A stretch of DNA of 63,669 nucleotides, counting the filler, from Platydemus manokwari (lineage: Eukaryota), in assembly GCA_037951405.1 (NCBI GenBank). It is 6 parts of 6 records of this genome, joined end to end, with 100 filler letters (N's around TTAATTAATTAA, not from the genome) between each part and the next. Parts side by side here need not be neighbours in the genome. Positions count along the whole stretch, not along the records: positions 51,189 to 63,669 come from JBBMOY010117788.1; 5 more parts are not named here. One strand, written 5' to 3'. The notes under the pieces were generated by a model that had not been told where the DNA came from, did not search any database, and saw nothing but the letters and a program-made list of their open reading frames with translations. This document shows, piece after piece, positions 52,452 through 63,669 of the stretch; the stretch's first letter is position 1; each line of letters starts with the position of its first letter. The position numbers and the translations under genes were made by a program.

Positions 52452-53014
52452 TAATAGAATATATATTTTATCGAAATTTGATTTAGGATAAATATAAATG
52501 GTTAAAATGTCGAGACCAATTTATTTTGCCACTAATAATAATAATAACGAATTGTTAAATAGCTCTTAACGGATAGATTAACATGAATGAAAACTATTGG
52601 TACAACAGTTCAATTGAGACCACCATTTCCATTGGGATCAAATTAATAGTTTTTCATAAATTTTTAAATTGTTTTTCTATATTTTTGCCAATTAGATTTG
52701 AAACATGCTTAATATATTTTTGTTGAATGTAATCTAATCGATAATATTTGTTTGAATATTATTTTAAATATCGGTTATATTTCGATAAATTTTCACTTTT
52801 TCATTTGAATCTGTCCTACTTAAGCTTTTAATTGTGTATCCTGATGATTGTATTTATTAGTTAACACACTAAAACATTTTATTATCAGCAAAATCTTGGT
52901 TGGATAAGGTTTTAAAAACAATATTTTTAAAATAATTTTCGTAACAGATTATTATAATCGATTTCTACAGACTAGATATGTTTACGAAACATTATCATTA
53001 AATTATCGAATCTA

Positions 53015-53462
53015 TAGAGGCCGGCAAGAAAAATTTCGTTTATCTGCGTCGATGAAATCTTATCAAAATCTAAAAAAATACAATTTAAAACATTTATTTG
53101 TGAAAATCGCATGTGCAATTAAAGTTTTAGCTGTTCTCCGGCAAACTCTTCGATAATCTGCTCTACTCTTCAAAGGCTGACGACTTTCTCTGCTCCCCAA
53201 CTTTCGACAAGAAAGCGATGGATTTCGGTAACCGAAAATTTGTTTCGTGTTAAAGTTGCAACGAATAAATCTATGTCGCGTTGCTTTGCCTTAATCTTTT
53301 AGTCTAAATCATTTAATCAACTCTAATCGATTTATTTAATTTTAAATCTTGAAATTTCCCGTCTTGTTAATGACCTATCTTAGAAAATTTACCTAAGAAA
53401 TTTTAACTTTGATCTTCAAATATTTTCTTACTGATAAAAACGAAATTTTTTTGGCGGGCCTA
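53015..53462 (-). mobile_element. Internally deleted mariner element
   Basis: Imperfect TIRs of about 28 bp (gaggccggcaagaaaaatttcgtt / aacgaaatttttttggcgggcc) with TA flanks. The internal TEIHRFLVESWGAEKVVSL*RVEQIIEEFAGE resembles a mariner N-terminal HTH. Confidence 0.72.
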
Positions 53463-55722
53463 TACATTGTGAGAAATTGAACTTTGTGATTAAAAACTAA
53501 AATATTGTTATAACAAGAACCAATCACTCTGAAGATGAGTAAGATCAGCGTGAATTATTCATTTATTCGAGAATATTTTCGATACAACAAACTGGTCTAT
53601 CAGAGCACTACTTATTCGGATTTTCAATGGTTATACCGATAAACTATGTCATAGAATACATAACGATTGGCATAAATATAAATATTTAATTATATATTAT
53701 TAACCTTTATCAATTTTATAATTCAATAAATCATTGAATTCAAATTTAAATTGATTAAATCTATAATTTCATTGTTAAAATTTAGACCAAATAACCTTTT
53801 ATTTTATTATCAATGTTTTGTGTTTATGTTTTTGAAATTTGTTATCAAATTGGTTTTGAAATTATTTGGTACAAAATTATCAATGAATTTATGATTGGAA
53901 TTAATAATGAAATAATTTCATTTTATTCCAATATTTGGACAGATGATTCAATGATGTCTTCAAATATAAAATAAATCTTATTACTTAAGACAATATGTCA
54001 TTATTTAAACCCATCAAATGTATATTGTTGAATGGTTTTATATCATTAAATAAATTGATATATTAATATATTATCCTATAAGCTGAGAATCAAATAATCA
54101 CGCCATGATAATTTTATATTTCAATTTCGTCTTTTTCGAATAATCATGTTTTATGAATTTGTTGACTTAATATCTGTGATGATTTTAAAAGTCAATTAAT
54201 GATCATTAAAAATGGAAAATATATTGATATGACAATATGAGTAGTTGTATTCGATATGATTTTGTAGATTCAATTTATTAGTTTTCATTTTCAATATCGT
54301 ATTTTGTGAAATAGGAGAAATTAACATGGTGACCATGCATTTGTAATCGATTATGAGATTAATCTCTGATAAATATAAAAGAGAATTTAGAGATAATAGA
54401 GAAAATAAAAAATGTAAATAAGAGAGAAGATAGATAATAAATTCAGATTAATATATAAACAATATAGAGAGAGTTCAATACAGAGAAGATAAATAATATA
54501 TGAAGAATTTCAGATAGAGAATACAGAAAATAAATAGAGAATCCGATAACAAGAAGTGTGAAGAAAATGAAATATTTTAATCAAAGGGGATGTGGTGATT
54601 TTAAGATAAAATAATATTTAAATAATCATTTTTATGTTAAAATATTTATGTTAAAAAATATAATTAATCAATTTCATTTTTTAAAATATTTCGATTAAAT
54701 ATACTTTTGTGTTTTTATTTTCTTAAATTAATTTTCAAAATGTATTTTATCTATATGTATCTATCTATATATTTATATATTAACCAAAAGATTTTGTTTT
54801 GCTGAAGTATTTACACAGTACAAATAAAATCCCAAGCTTTTCTGTTTAGAACTTCTAATAATATTTTATAAAAATATGAAACTTTACCAATAATTATATT
54901 AAGCTGATGTTTATCAAATTAGTTTTCACAAAAAACATAAAATAGATTATTTTTTTTACTCTGTATTATCGGTACTGATTATTATTATTATTCCCAATCG
55001 ATTAGGATTTTCTCTTCTATAATAAATGAGTTGTGAAAATAGATGCTGAAATTCATTATTCAGATCACATTGATTAAGTTCCGAGCACAATTTTCGTGTT
55101 ATATATAATTGAGATACACCATTTTTCACATGAAATCCTTTCACAAGTCCTTCTAACGTGTTCGTGTAATGTTTATTTTATTCGCGAATAATTTTGTGTG
55201 GTGTGGTCACAGGTCTTTCGCAAAATTGAAGCTTTCCATCATTGCAATAATTTGTATTATTTCTCTTCATAATAATTGATTTCAATACCGCTCCAGTGAA
55301 TTAATTTCGTGAATAATTTAGGTTTATGACTATGATAAAGGTGTTATAGTTTCATCATATTCTTTCAATTCAATTATGTATATATTTGTGAGAATATTTA
55401 ATCATAAAAATGATAAAAGCTTTTTAATGAAACTAAAAATTCATTCAAAGGTTTTTAAAGTTTATTTTGAATAAGTTATCTTTACTTTTTTCTCTGCAAA
55501 TCAATAGCAGTAACAATGAATATCTTATTAATAAGATAGTAATTATTATAATTATTATTGCAATTATTATTGCTGCACCAATGTATTAATCCATTGTTGT
55601 ATTGTTGGTATTGTGTAACAATAACTGTGAGATAATTTGCTCAAGCAAAAATTTGGATATTTTTGAAATGATCTACTCAATATTTAACATTTCAAGAATC
55701 GATTAATTATAAGCAAATTTAG

Positions 55723-58700
55723 ATTCGGTGTGTCTTTAAATCCAGATTTTTCTGCTTGTCCGAAATTAGCCAAATGCCAATTGAGATCTACTTGCTCGAA
55801 TCAATTATGTGGGGGCCAGTGTTCACTCTTTTGGAAAGTTACAGCACATCATGACTGTAAATATGAACCACAACAGTCATCAGATCATCCTACAGATTTC
55901 ATTTCCCCTCCCATAGGTACTTTACACCATTCAAAATCCTTCGACAACCTTGATAAATTAGGTATTCAAAACAGTGATCCAAATTTGTCCAATGAGCCAA
56001 AGCGGAATGGTAATTCAAGAAATCTGCTTACTCGCTGCTTTCCATGGCGACGCACCAAACGTCATGAAGAATCCAAATTTCGTAAATTGCGACCAGAACG
56101 AAATAAAAATGACAATGACAGATCTCCATCAAAAGTGCCAATGGCGACTCATACTGATATTGATGATATTGCGTCAATGGGATCTATAAGTGAGGAAATT
56201 ATCTTTGTAATTAAAATTTCAAAGAATTGTTCTGTCGTATTTCTCAGTCAATTAATCTAGTTAATCCTGCTTAAAATTTTGGAACGTTGTTTTGATATCT
56301 ATTATTATTATTAATTATTAAGCTAATTATAATTATCAATAATAATGAGTTACAATTTTAAGAACGTGTATATTTAAATCGATGAATAATTATATATTAT
56401 TATTATACATTATATATTTTTCCCATCTCTTACAATGAATTTTACAATAATTTTTTAATGAAAATCTCCATCACAAAAAATAGCATCATATGTTGTGCTC
56501 CAGGTAGTTCAAATAACTGTTCGTTAGTTTAGAATTTCATAGCCCAGCAGTAGTATTGGTAAAATAGTTGATTTCAGTTATAAAATCCACCCTGATACCA
56601 AATTTGATTTTATGTACGCATTTAATGTCTTTTTTTAAATTATTATCCTTTATTTTTAATAACGTGCTATTAATCTCCAATCTTCTGTCAATAATCGACA
56701 TATTAAACAAGCTCAACTAATAATTGTCAAGCGAGAAAAGATAAAGTTTGATGGAATTAATTTGAGCAATTTTTCTCCAACAATTATATTTATGTATCTC
56801 CAACTGACAATTTCAATGTAATGATTACGTAACGATTTTTATTTAGAAACCACCTCAAGTCGAACTAAATTCAATTATTCGACTGAACCATTCCAAACCG
56901 AAGGTTGATTTGATTGGATATAAATATACTTGATTCCATTAACATTTATATCAATTATTTTTATCGGAATTTTAGGTGAAATCAAAATGTGTCCAAAATG
57001 CCACACATATGTTTTGAAGATGAATGATGGTAGCTGCAATCATATGGTGTGCGCCTTGTGTGGTTGTGAATTCTGCTGGCTATGCATGCGACAAATAACA
57101 GATATGCATTATTTGAGGTTTGTATTTGACAATTTTTTTCCATTGATTTTTTATTTGTTTCCTTTTTATTAATAATTTAATTAATATTTTTATATCGAAT
57201 TAATTAATCCTGCAATCACCAGAAGGGTCAATTAACTCTCCTTACTTCAATAACAATAACACGATTCTAAATATTTTCCATATATAATTATATATGCCGT
57301 GCGATTCATATGTCTCCGTCTCTAAAACTAAAATAAAAAAAGAATATTTGAAAGATTTTATTTTGTTCTCTTTGAGATATCTGCAAACAGAAATTTGTGA
57401 AGTCATACACACTCGTGCAGTTTCTGGTTGATTTGTGCAATCATTCTCTTTACAAAATTTACCACCTTTTACTTCATAATTTCATCAAACAGTCTTCCTG
57501 ATCGAAACCTATTGGATAAGTTTCCAGTTTTTTCAAACTTCTCTTTCCAGTATTACGCTGGTGTCCTAGTGGGGTGGTACACGATTGAAATGTAGAAATT
57601 CTTGGTAAGCTTTGGCACTACTCTGATACACTATTGCATGACTAACAATAAACACTATCTGCAAGTGAAAATTTAACATCACCAGCTGCTTCCACCATAT
57701 TGTAATGATGTACATGATTAATAATAAATAAGAAATAAAGTACATTAATCATTGGATAATAATTAATATCAATAACTATAAATATGTGAGTACAAATTAT
57801 ATTGTGTCTTCTTGTTTTATTTTAGTTTTAAAGACGGAGACTTATGAATCGTACGATATACAATTTTATCCGTTTCGCAGTTTTATTAGGTGGGGTTTTT
57901 GGGTATTTTGAGTGTTTAAAATGAAAATTTTAAGCTGGTTCCAACTGATCGATTTTATATCATTTATCAATAAGTATTTTTTTTTATCATATTAAATGTA
58001 AATAATCCACTTTTTTCTGTCAATTTTTGAAGAATATTTGGCTGTAGATGAACTTTGAAATTATTAAAAACGAAAACAAAACTTATTTAAGAATTGTTAT
58101 GAACCATATCAATGGTCAGGAATGAACTGTTTAATAATAATGATAAATAATAATGAATTCTAGTGGTAAAATAGCAGCATGTTGAGAGATTTGTCATGAA
58201 AAATAGGATCATTTTAGTTTTAGACTCTTCTTAAGTGATCTGATATAAAATCATGAAAATTCAGTCAAAATATTATTTGGTTCCCAAATGTATTCGATTA
58301 GTTGATAAAAATTGAACTTGTGTTATCTGGTTTTGAATTTGATGATATCGATCTGACTGAATTAAAGCGCAATCCTTTGTCAATCCAATGAATAAATCTA
58401 AAAATCTAGTCGAATTTACAATAATAACATTTTAAATATTCTGAAATATTCCGTAACAGAAATAAAAATTGCAGACAATTATTTATATTTATCTCTACGA
58501 CATATATGATATTTTTTTCTGCTCACATGATATTTAAGATGTCGTTTTTGGATTTAATTTCTATTGTCGTTATTTATTATTATTTCATGAATTTCAATTT
58601 GATGTTGTCATGGCAACGGATATATCGATATATCCTTAAATAACAATGGTAATTTAGAAAATGATTTATCTTTAATTCTCAGTAAAATCGAAACATAATT

Positions 58701-59491
58701 ATCTTGTTATTATTATACATAAATAAAATTAATTATTGATCTTTCATCCATAACTTTGCACATAAAATTATATATTATTATTGATATTAGCTTCAAAATT
58801 GAAATATGCACATCAATCAGAGTCTCATTTATATTTATGGGATATTATCTTTTTTTCCATCTTTTCTAAAAACATATGGAACATCTTCTGTGTTATATTC
58901 TCATTTTATCTCTGTTTTTATTATCATATTATGGAAAAATATATTTACTATTACCATTACAATGTCATAAAAATAATAATTATCAATATTGTTATCTTTA
59001 TGATTTATATTATTATAATCGTTATTATTATATATATTTCATAAAATCTTGTTTTAAAATAATAGAAATTGCAAAATTTTGGAATCAATCTTCACAAATT
59101 ATATGCTTAAATTTTCGACCAAAACTATGAATGGAATTAATCTATTGATTGGTTTTGAAAATTTCTCAGTCAGCTTTTATCTCTCCTGAGATTTCAAATT
59201 ATTCAATTCTCGAATATCGCTAATAGTATTGATAAATAAAAATTTTAATTGCCAGTTTTTTGCAATTGGAATCTGGTAGATTTCGTTTGGCAGCTGATAG
59301 AAAAATATCACTTAAAATTGTTCAAGAATTTACGGTGTTCGATAACAATGTTTAATTTAGTTCGGATACAAAATAATTCGACGATTTTATTGGACCATTT
59401 ACAATTCAATTAACCTTCGATTTGCACACAAATACTATTAAAAATAGATTACAACTTGAAAATGATAGTTTGAAAAATTCAATTCGTTCAT

Positions 59492-59546
<55 letters not shown>

Positions 59547-62500
59547 TTTCATTTCATAATAAATATTCCATTCCAATTTCTATGATTTCTATCGACTTGA
59601 TAACGATATTGATTAAATGGAATCAAATGGCCTCGTGTTTATAAACATTTGATGATTTAGATAACATGAAAATCTCTGCAAACATCAATTTAATAGATAT
59701 ATCGTGATTAATTGAGATTGCCCTTAAATATATCATTAATTTTGAGCTAAATCGTTATTATAGATATATATTTATCAAGCATATAAATATTGGAGTAATA
59801 TTATTTGACTATAAAATCATGCCAATTTGTTTACATCAAGAGATTAATAACTGACTTCTTTATTCGAGGGGTTTAGATGATGTTTTTTTTTCTCTAATTC
59901 GTTTACGTCAATTCTCAAAGAGTATTGGATGAATTAATAATTGTAGTTTCTTTAGTTTTCAATCGATAAAACACAAAATAAAAAACAAATCCAATGGCTA
60001 TCTATGATTGTCATAACAAATGACATACATCGAGTATAATGTTTTTGAGTTCAATGATTTTTCAAGATGCTAAAAATAGAGTTAATCTTTCATGTTATGA
60101 ACGATATGTTATGAAATATAAAATACGAATTAATTTTACTGGAATAGCTTCGATTTTGATTTTAATTAGAAACGAGCAGAATTCTTAATGAAGTACATAC
60201 AATTTTGAAGAGAAGGATAAGAAAATCTGTTGACAAAGCGAATAAACACAAATGCAAATAAATAATTTTAGAATTATATTGATTATTATATGGATAAACT
60301 GGAGAAATCAATATCTGAAGAATGTGGGAGAATACATTTGAAGAATACCAGTGTGATTCTAAATTATGAAAATGTATGAGATTAATTAATATTGGAATTA
60401 GAATTTTTTTAGTAGATGTATCGGTGTTTTTAGTGAGCATTTGTTTGGATATAAAATATCATTTATGATATAGATTCTATTATTTAGATGAGAAACTGAT
60501 AGACAAGTTCAGGCTTGATTTGTGACTAATTTTTATTCTCAAATATTTTCTTCATTTCTGTGCCCTGTTGATGTCTTATTAAGTTTGGTGTAAAATAAGA
60601 CTTCTAAGTAGCATATATGAATATCGAATTTGATAAATAACAGCATGTTTTAAAGCTTCAATTATGAACTATAAATCAATAAAAATGTCCTCTTATAGTC
60701 CCTCTGGTTGTACTTTTTGGGGCCGAAGACAATGGAATGTCGAAAAACGAGCTCTTTGGCAAATGGGGACACTTATTGGTGCACCACTTGCTATTGGGTT
60801 CCTCGCCGCCTTAGCTATTCCAGCTATGCTTATTGGGATTCCTCTCTATGTCGGTCGCAAGGTAATTTTTTATATGGTGAATTTATTCATAGAAATTATT
60901 AGTTCTAATTTCTTCGAAGCGTTTTGTTTATGTTATCCATGATCGATTTTTCAGATCGATTTTGATCTCAGAATATTATTCAATAAAAATGATTTTTCCG
61001 ATTATAATATAACTTTTAAATTAATTTCTACGTCATACGTTGTGGCTTCATGTTTAGTAAAATCACCGGAATTGTTCAATTAATCCATTACTAATGTGTC
61101 TAATCAGTCCATAAAATTGGAAAAGCCCAATAACAATTTGTTCTGTAAATTGAAGTGCCAACTTCCACTAATTCAAGTGAAACGTAAGCCATGTAGCTAC
61201 GTGGATTTAAGAGGTTTTATGTGTAAATAGAAATTACTCAAATATTGTCAAATCAATCTTTTTCCTAACAACTTAAAACACCGTTTCACTCAAAAAAATA
61301 TCTCTTCCATTCTTTCCTATAATTGAAGCGAAGAAAAAATCAAAAATCCGAATGAAGATATTACAATATTGAATTTTATAATGCTAAACTCATTCCGTGT
61401 TGGCACCTTTTAATCATATATTTTTTATTGCGAATGCTTAGCCTCACAATAACCATTTCTTCTGCTTAATTTAGACTGACAATCATCACAAGAATAGAAA
61501 ATTATTTTCGTTTTATTTACACGTTCACTGTGAAGAACCTATTTAAGAAATGACAAAAAAAACTTTTAACATCATACATCAAGCAGTCATAAAATCTTCT
61601 TTAAAATAAAGTTTGTTGGTAAAGGCGATAATTTCCAAATTATTATTATTATTATTCATTCGAGTTTTGTACAAACCGATAAATATTTTTTTCAATATTT
61701 TATTTATAATATTATAAAACTGATGAAATTGTTCAATAAAAATACATTTGATTGATAAAAGTGCAATGAGATGCATTGCCAAATTTGGATAATATCTGTG
61801 AAGAAATATTTTCATTGCCAATAATGACTGCTAATCAAAAGAGTCTGTCAAAATGAACCAATGGAAAGTGTTTGTAAAGCAAAACATACCTGTTTAGGTA
61901 GAGAAGTTTTTATCACAATAATTTTCATAAAATACTTTATCGTTATTTCTTTTTTCAAGTGGTTTCATTATTTCTGGACTTCTAAATTTGAATTGAAAAA
62001 TAAACAAACGACCGATAGATGATTTTAATTTTATCATTTGTTTATATTTGCATTAAGTTCTGTCAATTTTTAGTGAATTATCGATATTGTAAGGGCTTAT
62101 GTAATCATCTTTGATGTTTGGTTAAATTTTTTATAATTTCTTGCACTGAGTCACTCTATATGTGATACGAATTGATTTAGTGAAATGATACAAAAATTTA
62201 TTTATTCTTCGATAATCAATTTCAGACCTGTAAAGTCGAATCTAACATTAAATATAAAAGTATAATAAAATTGTATTGGATTTATAAGTATTTACGGAAA
62301 CAGAGTAAATTAATCAATATTTCGACTTCTTTCATTAGTTATCTGAACTGAATTGATAATTTTAAATGAATCCGAACATTATCATGAATTGATTTTCTGT
62401 CATTTATCGTGTAATTGATGAGATCAAAATAATTTTTTAAATTATTTTAATAAATTGTTCAAATAAGTTCTGATTTTAGACCTGAAAGACAATTAAATTA

Positions 62501-63305
62501 AAAAAAAACTAATTAAAGATTTGATTTTGGTAGGAAAAGGTAAGCAAAATTTTTAAAAAAAATTAGAGATTTAAGAGCAACAATTTAGGCTTATAGTAAT
62601 GAAAATTGTGACAAACAAGAATATTACAAGCTTCGATATTACAAAAGCTAGTTGATCTTACCAATATTATTATATTTTTGAAAAGTATATTTTTTTAATT
62701 TTATAAGTCTTATTTTGATCGAGTTTTTTGCAAGCAATTTTAATACCGATAGAAGAGTTAATTTTATACGACGACTTTATAAAGTGTATCTTATACTCAT
62801 CGTTTCAGATTCATGGTGCTTTGAAAACGAAAAATAAACTCCGAAAAAGAGCTATTGCTGTTGCTGGGGGTATTGGTGCCTTCATAGTTTCGCCAGTAAT
62901 TGCTGGTAATTATTTAACAAATTATTTAACAGCTTCTAAATTCATTTCCAAATTAAAGCCGTTGCAGTTGGTCTTGGTGTTCCTTTGATTTTGGCATACG
63001 TGTATGTAGTTATGCCAATTGCTTTATGCAGAGCATCGGCATGCAGTTGTGATGAAAATAATCCTCCTCAAGAAGAAGTTGACTTCTCCGATGTCGACAA
63101 TAATCATGAACAGCAACTTTACGATCCAGATTTAGGATCTCCCATCAAAGGAGATATCGAAGAACATGTTAGTTATAAGATTAATCGTTTGGAGATTATT
63201 AATTATCATATTTAGCCAACACATTCTCGAGCAGAAGTGTCTAAACCCCCCGACTCACCAACAATTTCGATGAACAATTTTTACCAACCTATCCTCCCGA
63301 AGTAA
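55723..63305 (+). CDS. RNF19: RBR E3 ubiquitin ligase RNF19 (Dorfin)-like, 3' part; predicted exons 55723-56189, 56847-56903, 56976-57117, 60699-60861, 62809-62905, 62959-63167, 63216-63305
   Basis: RING2 [39 protein letters not shown]|[31 protein letters not shown]|[25 protein letters not shown]. Joins are in frame with GT..AG sites. RING1 exons were not found. Confidence 0.92.
57295..57858 (-). mobile_element. Internally deleted Tc1/mariner-superfamily element in an RNF19 intron
   Basis: TIRs of about 50 bp (cgtgcgattcatatgtctccgtctctaaaactaaaataaaa / ttttattttagttttaaagacggagacttatgaatcgtacg) with TA flanks. Internal [20 protein letters not shown] is an HTH remnant. Confidence 0.85.
59493..59543. 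repeat. (AAT)n microsatellite
   Basis: Directly visible. Confidence 0.95.
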
Positions 63306-63669
63306 TTTTCCAATTGAAAGTTCACAAAATTAGATATTTTATTTAACGTAATTAAATATTTCAATCAATAATTTATGAAGTACACTAAAATAAAAATAAT
63401 TTTTCACTGAAAATAACAAGCTTTTCAAAATGTCATTGAATAGTATATAATTTTAACCTCATGTATTATTGTCTACATGATAATCTCTCTGTTTCTGTTC
63501 ATTAGTTCAGGCGACGGTTTAAAGTTCGGTCTATACTCGAATGATATATGATCACTACAATGTCATTTATCAAAACAAAGTTTGTCATTATCATTATCAA
63601 CATCAATATCATTATTATTATCAGTATTATTATTATCATCGGTATCATTATTATTAATAACTATTATTG

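Noticed and set aside
55050-55300. Merlin/IS1595-like transposase remnant (HYTNTLEGL)
   Set aside because: Only one short motif, and no TIRs were identified.
58781-59130. Ile/Tyr-rich ORFs as membrane proteins
   Set aside because: They are translations of low-complexity ATT-rich intron sequence.

Overview
AT-rich eukaryotic (metazoan) draft-genome DNA. Short introns (41-53 nt) and divergent tandem TRAF-like genes suggest a planarian-type flatworm (inference only). The window is at least six contigs joined by artificial 100-nt N gaps containing TTAATTAATTAA, so order across gaps is not trustworthy. Host genes: two tandem TRAF-like genes (the second frameshifted), class I eIF4E, the 5' part of COQ4, a SCAF11/PHRF1-type C-terminal-domain protein, one PIP4K-family exon whose catalytic Asp is Ser, and the 3' part of an RNF19 (Dorfin)-type RBR ligase. 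The rest is decayed mobile DNA: several Gypsy remnants and mariner/Tc1 and hAT fragments. Two things stand out. (1) A ~5.5 kb endogenous parvovirus/densovirus-like element with an atypical same-strand order: long unknown coding region, capsid, SF3 helicase, phased-palindrome hairpin, new ORF. (2) Three Gypsy remnants that each carry different cargo downstream of integrase: a DEDDh (ISG20/REX4-like) pseudo-exonuclease plus a CxWC-CxWC motif in one, and Env-like membrane proteins in the other two.
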